Positions 45,281 through 53,607 of a stretch of DNA of 64,000 nucleotides are shown here, one piece after another. The translations under genes were made by a program, and so were the position numbers. The stretch is from NCBI GenBank assembly GCA_045653105.1, contig JAZOLL010000047.1:698-64697 (forward strand), given 5' to 3'. Under the pieces are notes generated by a model. The model made no database searches. It saw nothing but the letters and a program-made list of their open reading frames with translations, and was not told the DNA's origin. Every line of letters begins with the position of its first letter. Within the stretch, counting starts at the first letter, position 1. This DNA comes from Eubacteriales bacterium (GTDB lineage Bacteria; Bacillota; Clostridia; Oscillospirales; CAG-272).

Positions 45281-46372
45281 TTATAACTTCTTGATTTCCT
45301 CTATCAAGGTATCTACTATTTTGGTTTCGTCTATCTTTTTGACAATCTCTCCGCGCTTTATAAGAACAGCCTCGCCTTTACCGCCTGCTATTCCTATGTC
45401 AGCCTCTCTTGCCTCTCCGGGTCCGTTTACAACGCAACCCATAAGCGCGACCTTGATAGGCTTGTCCATAAGCCCCTCACTCTTTGCGGCCTCCTCAAAC
45501 TCTCTCACAAGAGATATGAGGTCTATCTTTGTTCTGCCGCAGGTAGGACAGCTCACGATATCCATGCCGCACTGACCTTCAATGCCAACGGCTCTGAGTA
45601 TATCCTTTGCCGCGTCTGCCTCAAATTCGGGATTGTCCGTAAGGGATACTCTTATCGTATCTCCTATTCCGTCACAAAGCAACGAGCCTATACCCACAGC
45701 ACTTTTAAGCGCGCCGATATGTCGGCTTCCCGCCTCTGTAACACCGAGATGCAAGGGATAATCGCACATCTCTCTTAGCATTCGGTTTGCCTTTATCATA
45801 TTATAAGGATTCGATGCCTTCATCGATATCACTATATTGTCAAAGTCATACTTTTCAAGCAAGGACACGTGATACATCGCGCTCTCGCAGAGAGCCTCGG
45901 GAGTTGGCGCACCGTATTTCGCTAGAATGTTCTTCTCAAGCGATCCACCGTTTACCCCTATCCTTATCGGGATATTCGCGGCATTGCAAGCGCGACAAAC
46001 CTCGCGCACTCTTTCCTCGTCTCCTATATTCCCGGGGTTTATTCTTATCTTGTCCACCCCAAGCTCCGCGCATCTGAGCGCAACCCTGTAATCAAAGTGA
46101 ATATCCGCAACGATAGGTGTCTCTATCCCGCTTTCCTTTATCGCAAGGATAGTATCTGCCGCCTCTATATCCGGCACGGTTATTCTGACGATATCGCAGC
46201 CCCTATCCGCAAGTAACTTCACCTGCGCTACCGTTGCCGCTTTGTCTTGTGTATCCGTGTTAGTCATAGACTGAATAGCTATCGGCTCATGTCCGCCGAT
46301 AGCTATATTTCCAATCTCTATTCTTTTTGTTTTTCTTCTTACGTCGTTATATTTCATAAGATCCTTTACCAT
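45281..46372 (-). CDS. ispG: 4-hydroxy-3-methylbut-2-en-1-yl diphosphate synthase
   Basis: IAIQSMTNTDT..., RINPGNIG, C-terminal CPTCGRT and GCVVNGPGE. Confidence 0.9.
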   Translation of the reverse strand: MVKDLMKYNDVRRKTKRIEIGNIAIGGHEPIAIQSMTNTDTQDKAATVAQVKLLADRGCDIVRITVPDIEAADTILAIKESGIETPIVADIHFDYRVALRCAELGVDKIRINPGNIGDEERVREVCRACNAANIPIRIGVNGGSLEKNILAKYGAPTPEALCESAMYHVSLLEKYDFDNIVISMKASNPYNMIKANRMLREMCDYPLHLGVTEAGSRHIGALKSAVGIGSLLCDGIGDTIRVSLTDNPEFEADAAKDILRAVGIEGQCGMDIVSCPTCGRTKIDLISLVREFEEAAKSEGLMDKPIKVALMGCVVNGPGEAREADIGIAGGKGEAVLIKRGEIVKKIDETKIVDTLIEEIKKL

Positions 46373-47416
46373 TTATCTGAATATAAGTTCAAACACATCC
46401 TTGAAGGTCACAAGGAGCATAAATCCAAATAGTATCATTATGCCAACGAAATTCACATAACTCTCTATCTTTTTGTTTATCGGCTTTCCTCTTACCGCTT
46501 CTATTCCTAGGAACACAAATCTGCCTCCGTCAAGCGCAGGAAAAGGAAGAAGATTGAACACACCGAGATTTATAGAAATGACAGAAAGAACGTAAAGCAG
46601 CGTCGGGAAGCTGCTCCTTGCCGCCTGCCCCACCACCTCGGTCACACCAACGGGACCCGAGACCGCCTGAAGTCCATACTTTCCGGTGATAAGATTAAAT
46701 AGCGAATCGTACACCATCTTGACAGTTGACATAGAGCGCCAAAATGCATGCTTCATATAGTTGGGGAATGTTTCGCTATCTCTGTAAAGCTTGAAATCAC
46801 ACTGACCGAGTGGTACCCCGCTCTCTACCACATTCGGAAACACAACATCCTCAACGGTTACTTTCTCACCGTTTCTTATGACCACAATATCAACAGGCTC
46901 GTCGCCCTTATTCATGATCTCATAAACGACCTCGTTGCCCGTATGGACAGCGGTGTTATCTACCTTGACTATCTCATCGTTTATCATAAGCTTTGTCTGG
47001 CTCATTGCATTCTCGTCAAACGCGCCTATCGTATTTGATATAAGCGTTTTCTGCGAGAACACCAAAACGAACATTATGATAAATCCAAAGATAATGTTTA
47101 TCACAGCGCCCGCGATAACTATAAGCATTCTCTTCGGAACACTTTTGTTACAGAACGCGTTGGGATTTTCGGAATCCTCGTCCTCACCGTCCATACTGAC
47201 AAAGCCACCTATCGGAAGAAGTCTAAGTCCGTATTTGGTTTTTGTCTTTTTAGATGTTTTTGATATGAGCTGGGGTCCCATACCTATCGAAAACTCTTTG
47301 ACATCAACTCCGCAAAGTCGGGCAGAAAGAAAATGTCCGCCCTCGTGTATAAATATGAGTATACCAAAGAAGAAAAGTGCTATCAGTATATAAAGTAGTG
47401 TAGTTATTTTTATCAC
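46373..47416 (-). CDS. rseP: RIP site-2 metalloprotease
   Basis: HEGGHF zinc motif, PDZ-like middle region, and NLLPFPALDGG. Confidence 0.85.
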   Translation of the reverse strand: MIKITTLLYILIALFFFGILIFIHEGGHFLSARLCGVDVKEFSIGMGPQLISKTSKKTKTKYGLRLLPIGGFVSMDGEDEDSENPNAFCNKSVPKRMLIVIAGAVINIIFGFIIMFVLVFSQKTLISNTIGAFDENAMSQTKLMINDEIVKVDNTAVHTGNEVVYEIMNKGDEPVDIVVIRNGEKVTVEDVVFPNVVESGVPLGQCDFKLYRDSETFPNYMKHAFWRSMSTVKMVYDSLFNLITGKYGLQAVSGPVGVTEVVGQAARSSFPTLLYVLSVISINLGVFNLLPFPALDGGRFVFLGIEAVRGKPINKKIESYVNFVGIMILFGFMLLVTFKDVFELIFR

Positions 47417-47431
47417 CCCTTCGGGAAAATA

Positions 47432-48595
47432 TCACTTTGTTATAATGCGCTCGGCTCTCTCTCTTGCCTCTTTATCATATTCGAGAATCCCATTGAGTGT
47501 GTGCTCGTCTGCAGCGGCTGAAAGTTCATCCACAACACGGAGTACGCTCTCTGTAATACCATAAAACGAGAGCTTTCTATCAAGGAAAGCTGCAACGGCG
47601 ACCTCGTTTGCCGCGTTGAGTACCGCGGGAAGCGCACCGCCCTTACCGATGCACTCTGTAGCGCATCTGAGAAGCGCGAACGTATCTGTATCCGGTGTAG
47701 CAAAACTGAGTTTTGTGAGCTTTGTGAAGTCAAGCTCGTCAATGACCGCCTCGCATCTTTCGGGATACGTGAGCGCATACTGTGCACAAAGTCTCATATC
47801 CGGAACAGAAAGCTGTGCGATGACACTGTTATCAATATATTCCACCATAGAGTGAATTATACTCTCGCGGTGAACTACCACCTGCACCTTATCTGCGCCA
47901 ACACCGAAAAGATGCACCGCCTCTATGACCTCAAAGCCCTTGATCATAAGGGTCGCGCTGTCTATAGTTATCTTTGCCCCCATCTTCCACGTGGGATGAG
48001 CCAAAGCCTGCTCGACGGTTATTCCCGCAAGCTGTTCCGCGGTATAACCGAAAAACGGTCCGCCCGATGCGGTGAGAAGTATCTTCTTTACTTCCTTTTT
48101 CTCTCCCGCCTTGAGGCATTGGAAGATAGCGCTATGCTCACTGTCAACAGGCAGGATATCCACTCCCTTTTCTCTGGCGCGGCTCATAACTATCTCACCT
48201 GCGACGACGAGAGACTCTTTGTTAGCAAGCGCCAAGCGAGCGCCGGAATCTATAGCGGCAAGTGTCGGCATGAGTCCTGCCTTACCGATGATAGAGTTAA
48301 GCACGACATCGTTTTTCGTACTTCCTATCATCTCGCAGATGCCCTCCTCACCGCAGAGCACCTTTACCGAGGTATCGGCAAGTCTTGCCTTAAGATCAGC
48401 AGCCGCGTGCTCGTCTGCCATAGCGCAGAACTCAACGCCAAACTCTCTTGCAACCTCTTCTGCTCTTTTTACATTTGATCTTGCGCTGATACCGGTGAGC
48501 TTTACCTTGTTGCGTCTGGCAACGTCAAGCGCCTGCTCGCCAACAGAACCGCTCACACCGAGTATCATCATTCTTTTGTTAGATATATCTGACAT
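47432..48595 (-). CDS. dxr: 1-deoxy-D-xylulose 5-phosphate reductoisomerase
   Basis: ILGVSGSVGEQALDV, LANKESLV, DSEHSAIFQC. Confidence 0.9.
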   Translation of the reverse strand: MSDISNKRMMILGVSGSVGEQALDVARRNKVKLTGISARSNVKRAEEVAREFGVEFCAMADEHAAADLKARLADTSVKVLCGEEGICEMIGSTKNDVVLNSIIGKAGLMPTLAAIDSGARLALANKESLVVAGEIVMSRAREKGVDILPVDSEHSAIFQCLKAGEKKEVKKILLTASGGPFFGYTAEQLAGITVEQALAHPTWKMGAKITIDSATLMIKGFEVIEAVHLFGVGADKVQVVVHRESIIHSMVEYIDNSVIAQLSVPDMRLCAQYALTYPERCEAVIDELDFTKLTKLSFATPDTDTFALLRCATECIGKGGALPAVLNAANEVAVAAFLDRKLSFYGITESVLRVVDELSAAADEHTLNGILEYDKEARERAERIITK

Positions 48596-48602
48596 AAATT
48601 CC

Positions 48603-49439
48603 TCACAAAATACTTATGCCCAGAACCGAAGAAAGCATACATATAACGCCAATGCCCAAGGAGACCGCCAAAATAGAGTCGAATCTATCAAGCATACCTC
48701 CGTGTCCGGGGAAAAGCTTACCAAAATCCTTTATTCCGTAATGACGCTTTATCACCGACATTATAAGGTCACCGATCTGAGATATAACGGCAACTAAAAC
48801 CCCTCCGATGGCAAGTACCAAAAAGTTTGCATTCATACCAAAAATTCGATTCATTATCACACCGAAAGCGACAAAGGAAAGCGCACAGAAAACTGTGCCT
48901 CCAATACTTCCCTCTACCGTCTTTTTAGGACTTACGTCGGGTATGAGCTTGTGCTTTCCAAAAAATACACCTGTAAAGTATGCAAAAATATCGGTTATCC
49001 ACGCACCAAGGAATATCAACAGATAAATATATTTACCAAATCTCTCTATATCTCTGACGTATATCAAGGTAGCGCATGCCGCAATTATATACAGCGACGC
49101 GGAAAAGATCACACCGAGTGCCTCAAAGGAAAACTTTCCGAGAGAGAGCACAGATACGGCAAAGAGATAAAGAAGTATTACCGATGCGAGTGAAAAAGCT
49201 ATAGCAGCAAAATTCTGTCCGTTTTCCGCATATCTTACCAAGAAAAGGAGCAGGATCGCCGAAAGATATATCGGTAAGGAAATATGAAGTCCCTTTACAC
49301 CTACGCAGTGAAAAAGCTCATAAAGAGACACCACCGCCACAAGAGAGAGTGCTATCGGGAATAAGGGTGTTGCCGAGAATATAAGCACCGGAAGCAAAAC
49401 GCCCATTGCAACTATAGCAGTTAATATCCTTGTTTTCAT
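48603..49439 (-). CDS. cdsA: phosphatidate cytidylyltransferase
   Basis: C-terminal signature KRHYGIKDFGKLFPGHGGMLDRFDS. Confidence 0.9.
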   Translation of the reverse strand: MKTRILTAIVAMGVLLPVLIFSATPLFPIALSLVAVVSLYELFHCVGVKGLHISLPIYLSAILLLFLVRYAENGQNFAAIAFSLASVILLYLFAVSVLSLGKFSFEALGVIFSASLYIIAACATLIYVRDIERFGKYIYLLIFLGAWITDIFAYFTGVFFGKHKLIPDVSPKKTVEGSIGGTVFCALSFVAFGVIMNRIFGMNANFLVLAIGGVLVAVISQIGDLIMSVIKRHYGIKDFGKLFPGHGGMLDRFDSILAVSLGIGVICMLSSVLGISIL

Positions 49440-49452
49440 TGTATCACCTTAA

Positions 49453-50166
49453 TCAAACGCCTCCAAATCGGCGCTTTCTGTTCATAAAATTGTCTATTGC
49501 GGCATCGACGTCTGCCTCGGAAAAATCAGGCCAAAGAACGTCTGTAAAATAAAACTCCGCATAAGCGGACTGCCAAAGCAAAAAGTTTGATATTCTCATA
49601 TCTCCGCCCGTTCTTATAACCAGATCGAGCTCGGGAGAATCCTTTGTGTAAAGCGAGCGGCTGATATCCGCCTCGCTCACCTTAGTCGCTCCCTCGGATA
49701 TGAGCTTGTTGACCGCCATAGCGATCTCGTCTCTTGAACCGTAATTGATAGCCAAGTTGACGATTGTCTTGTTTTTTGCGGAGCTCTCTTCTATTTCCAG
49801 CATCTTGGTGCGCATTTTTTCGTCAAATGCCGACTTGTCGCCAAGGAATATAAATCTGAGATCGTACTCAGACATTTTTTCACGGCACTCATCGAGGTAC
49901 TTGTCAAGAAGCTTCATGATAGAATCGACCTCCCTTTGAGGTCTTTTCCAGTTTTCTGTAGAAAAGACGTAAAATGTGGCAGCCTCAAGACCGAGCTTAC
50001 CGCAGTACTTCATTATCTTTCTGAAGGTGTCTGCACCAAAGCGGTGTCCGTATTCTCTGGGCATTCCGCGTTTTTTTGCCCATCTGCCGTTTCCGTCCAT
50101 AATAAAACCGATATGTCGTGGCTTAGCTGCAGCATCGACACTCGACACGATATCCTTTTTAGACAT
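49453..50166 (-). CDS. uppS: isoprenyl transferase (undecaprenyl diphosphate synthase)
   Basis: HIGFIMDGNGRWAKKRG, FSTENWKRP, RTGGDMRISNFLLWQ. Confidence 0.9.
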   Translation of the reverse strand: MSKKDIVSSVDAAAKPRHIGFIMDGNGRWAKKRGMPREYGHRFGADTFRKIMKYCGKLGLEAATFYVFSTENWKRPQREVDSIMKLLDKYLDECREKMSEYDLRFIFLGDKSAFDEKMRTKMLEIEESSAKNKTIVNLAINYGSRDEIAMAVNKLISEGATKVSEADISRSLYTKDSPELDLVIRTGGDMRISNFLLWQSAYAEFYFTDVLWPDFSEADVDAAIDNFMNRKRRFGGV

Positions 50167-50224
50167 CGATATCCCTCCTAAAACAGATCCGGGCGGTCAT
50201 CGGCCGCCCGGTCAGCAAAAAGCC

Positions 50225-50779
50225 TTATATCTGCATGATTTCTTTCTCTTTTTTCGCAGTGATAGCGTCTATTTCTTTGATAAACTTATCTGTGAGATCC
50301 TGAACGCTCTTTTCAGATGCCTTCTGCTCGTCCTCTGTCATCTCACCGTCCTTCTTCAACTTCTTGCAAAGATCGTTAGCGTCTCTTCTGATGTTTCTGA
50401 TAGCAACCTTGCCATCCTCAGCCATCTTCTGAACCTGCTTAACAAGCTCTCTTCTGCGCTCCTCTGTAGGCTGGGGGAAAACGAGTCTTATCATCTTACC
50501 GTCATTTGTAGGAGTGATTCCAAGATCGGATGCAAGAATCGCCTTTTCCATAGCCTTGAGTGTTGTTCCGTCAAAAGGAGTAATTGTAACGGTCTTACTG
50601 TCTGCTACTCTTACGTCTGCCATAGTCATAAGAGGTGTGGGGCTTCCCCAATATTCAAAATTGATCTTAGAAAGGACTGCAGTGCTCGCATGTCCTGCTC
50701 TGATCGTACCGATGTTCTGCTCGTAAGCGACTATCGCTTTACCCATTCTCTCTTCAAAGTCCTTAGTGTTAAGCTTCAT
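50225..50779 (-). CDS. frr: ribosome recycling factor
   Basis: 184 aa; IRAGHASTAVL, PTEERRRELVK, IRNIRRDAND. Confidence 0.9.
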   Translation of the reverse strand: MKLNTKDFEERMGKAIVAYEQNIGTIRAGHASTAVLSKINFEYWGSPTPLMTMADVRVADSKTVTITPFDGTTLKAMEKAILASDLGITPTNDGKMIRLVFPQPTEERRRELVKQVQKMAEDGKVAIRNIRRDANDLCKKLKKDGEMTEDEQKASEKSVQDLTDKFIKEIDAITAKKEKEIMQI

Positions 50780-50824
50780 AACTCTTCTCCTTGTAATGTA
50801 AATGTATTTGATATTTTTAATTTC

Positions 50825-51535
50825 TTATCTGTGCATTTCAGTTCCGATGCGCTCACCGTTTATAACACGGTATATATTCATTGGATCTTTGAGTTCAAAC
50901 GCATATGCCTTTATGTCATTGTCCATACAGAATGTCGCCGCCGTGAGGTCCAGTGCCCCAAGCTCGTCCTTTATGATTTGATGATATGTTATCTCATCAT
51001 ACTTGACTGCTGTAGGATCCTTGCGAGGATCTGCATTATATATTCCGTCTATGTTCTTTGCCATAAGAACAACATCAGCGCCGATCTCCGCCGCTCTGAG
51101 AACTGCCGCTGTATCGGTAGAGAAATAAGGTGCTCCAAGTCCGCAACCGAAGATAACTATCTTTCCAGCGCGAAGCGCCTCGTCCGCGCCGCGTGTGGTG
51201 TAAGGATCGGCAAATTTATTCATATCGACAGCCGTCATAACAACAGTGTCAAGTCCGCACTGAAGGAATGTATCCTGAAGAGCGAGCGCGTTGATAGTGG
51301 TTGCGAGCATGCCCATACTGTCAGCTCTTACGCGATCCATACCGCCGCCCTGCTTACCTCTCCAGATATTACCCGCACCGACGATTATTCCAACCTCAAC
51401 TCCGTCAGCTACGCAAAGCTTTAAAACATTTGCTATTTTAGTGATAAAATCAAAATCGAGGATATCATCTCCACCCGCTGCGAGTGCCTCGCCCGAGAGC
51501 TTGAGAAGAACTCTTTTGTACTTAATTTCAGACAT
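50825..51535 (-). CDS. pyrH: UMP kinase
   Basis: Start MSEIKYKRVLLKLSGEAL after GGAG; VGAGNIWRG. Confidence 0.9.
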   Translation of the reverse strand: MSEIKYKRVLLKLSGEALAAGGDDILDFDFITKIANVLKLCVADGVEVGIIVGAGNIWRGKQGGGMDRVRADSMGMLATTINALALQDTFLQCGLDTVVMTAVDMNKFADPYTTRGADEALRAGKIVIFGCGLGAPYFSTDTAAVLRAAEIGADVVLMAKNIDGIYNADPRKDPTAVKYDEITYHQIIKDELGALDLTAATFCMDNDIKAYAFELKDPMNIYRVINGERIGTEMHR

Positions 51536-51682
51536 AATATACTCCAAAAAAGTTTATTATACACAAGCGAGATCATCTGCCTGTATATGTTTCCATTTTA
51601 CTACATTTATTGCCTTTTGTAAACAGTTATTTGAATATTTTATTGTAAATATTTTTATTATAACATTATAAGTAATTAACAA

Positions 51683-51712
51683 TTGACAAAACGGAAAAAT
51701 GTGTGTTATAAT
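51683..51712 (+). promoter_or_regulatory. near-consensus promoter of the flavodiiron gene (TTGACA-18-TATAAT, TG-extended)
   Basis: TTGACA at 51683-51688, TGTTATAAT at 51704-51712. Confidence 0.55.
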
Positions 51713-51758
51713 TTGCTTGATGTTTAAAAATATCAAAGTTATACAAAGGAGAAATATT

Positions 51759-53549
51759 ATGACCATTACAAAAGATATAAAATACGTGGGTGTCAACGAC
51801 AAAAAAGTTGACCTTTTTGAAGGACAGTATCTCGTTCCGAACGGAATATCCTACAACTCCTACGTCATACTTGACGAAAAGATAGCGGTTATGGACACCG
51901 TTGACGCGGCATTCACTCACGAGTGGCTCGACAACATTCAGAACCTTCTTAACGGCAAGTCTCCCGACTACCTGGTAGTTCACCATATGGAGCCCGATCA
52001 CTCCGCGAATATAGCAAACTTTGCAAAGGCATATCCTAATGCAAAAATAGTTGCTTCCGCAAAGGCGTTTACTATGATGAACAACTTTTTCGGAGAGGAC
52101 TTTTCAGATCGCCGTGTAGTCGTCGGTGAGGGCAGCACACTCACACTTGGCAAGCACACACTCACATTCGTGACAGCGCCCATGGTGCACTGGCCTGAGG
52201 TCGTAGTATCCTACGACAGCAAGGACAAGGTACTCTTCTCTGCCGACGGATTCGGTAAATTCGGCACACCCGATACAAACGAGCCTTGGGATGATGAATC
52301 CCGCAGATACTTTATCGGTATCGTTGGAAAATACGGCACGCAGGTACAGGCTCTGCTAAAAAAAGCGGCGACACTCGACATCGAATATATCTGCCCTCTC
52401 CACGGTCCTGTTCTTCACGAAAATCTTGGACACTATATAAACCTCTACAACACTTGGTCGAGCTATCAGCCCGAGGACGAAGGCATTGTTATCGCCTACA
52501 CATCCGTTTACGGAAACACCAAGAAGGCTGTCTCTCTCCTTGCTGAAAAGCTAAAGGCAAACGGAGCTCCCACTGTCGTGGTTTACGACCTTGCAAGATG
52601 CGACATGTCAAAGGCTGTGAGTGATGCTTTCAGATACAGCAAGCTCGTTTTGGCTACCACCACCTACAATGCCGACATATTCCCCTTTATGAGAGAGTTT
52701 ATAAACCATCTCACAGAGAGAAACTTCTCGAATCGCACCGTAGCTCTCGTTGAAAACGGAAGCTGGGCACCTATGGCGGCAAAGGTGATGACAGAGCTCC
52801 TATCAAAGTGTAAGAATCTCACCTTCACAGACACATCTGTAAAGATCCTTTCTGCGCTGAACGCGGACTCCTCAAAGCAGCTTGACGATATGGCAAATGA
52901 GCTTTGCCGCGAGTATCTCGCGCAGAGAGATGACACTGCTGACAAGAACGACCTCTCCGCTCTCTTTAACATCGGATACGGTCTCTACGTCATAACCTCA
53001 AACGACGGCAAAAAGGACAACGGACTTATCGTAAACACGGTAACTCAGGTCACAAATACACCTAACCGCCTTGCTGTAACTATAAACAAGACCAACTATT
53101 CTCACCACGTTATAAAGCAGTCGGGTATTATGAATATTAACTGTCTCTCTACCGACGCGCCCTTTGACGTGTTCAAGCATTTTGGATTCCAGAGTGGAAG
53201 AAACATCAACAAGTTTGCCGAGTGCACACCTCTTCGCTCTGACAACGGACTTGTATTCCTTCCCCGTTATATCAACTCCTTTATGTCTCTCAAGGTTGAG
53301 CAGTACGTTGATCTCGACACTCACGGAATGTTTATCTGCTCGATAACAGAGGCAAGAGTGCTGACGGACAAGGAAACTATGACGTACACCTATTATCAGA
53401 ACAACGTAAAACCGAAACCCGAGGCAAAGGGTAAAAAAGGTTATGTTTGCAAGATCTGCGGATACGTTTACGAGGGCGAAGAGCTCCCCGAGGACTTCAT
53501 CTGTCCGCTTTGCAAGCACGGAGCATCTGACTTTGAGGAATTAAAGTAA
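51759..53549 (+). CDS. multidomain flavodiiron protein: metallo-beta-lactamase-like diiron domain, flavodoxin, flavin-reductase-like domain, rubredoxin
   Basis: Start MTITKDIKYVG after AAAGGAG. Diiron HHMEPDH. Flavodoxin IAYTSVYGNTKK. Flavin reductase-like YVITSNDGKKDNGLIVNTV. Rubredoxin CKICGYVY...CPLCKH. Confidence 0.8.
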   Translation: MTITKDIKYVGVNDKKVDLFEGQYLVPNGISYNSYVILDEKIAVMDTVDAAFTHEWLDNIQNLLNGKSPDYLVVHHMEPDHSANIANFAKAYPNAKIVASAKAFTMMNNFFGEDFSDRRVVVGEGSTLTLGKHTLTFVTAPMVHWPEVVVSYDSKDKVLFSADGFGKFGTPDTNEPWDDESRRYFIGIVGKYGTQVQALLKKAATLDIEYICPLHGPVLHENLGHYINLYNTWSSYQPEDEGIVIAYTSVYGNTKKAVSLLAEKLKANGAPTVVVYDLARCDMSKAVSDAFRYSKLVLATTTYNADIFPFMREFINHLTERNFSNRTVALVENGSWAPMAAKVMTELLSKCKNLTFTDTSVKILSALNADSSKQLDDMANELCREYLAQRDDTADKNDLSALFNIGYGLYVITSNDGKKDNGLIVNTVTQVTNTPNRLAVTINKTNYSHHVIKQSGIMNINCLSTDAPFDVFKHFGFQSGRNINKFAECTPLRSDNGLVFLPRYINSFMSLKVEQYVDLDTHGMFICSITEARVLTDKETMTYTYYQNNVKPKPEAKGKKGYVCKICGYVYEGEELPEDFICPLCKHGASDFEELK

Positions 53550-53607
53550 AAATATCACAAACAAAACTACCAAGCGTTTTGATCTTTCTGAAAGGAGCAA
53601 GTTTCAA

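Noticed and set aside
49976-51424. 482-aa plus-strand ORF spanning the uppS, frr and pyrH regions
   Set aside because: It is antisense to three well-supported housekeeping genes and crosses their intergenic spacers. It has low-complexity Cys/Ser/Leu/Arg-rich content and no start context. I judge it a chance open frame.
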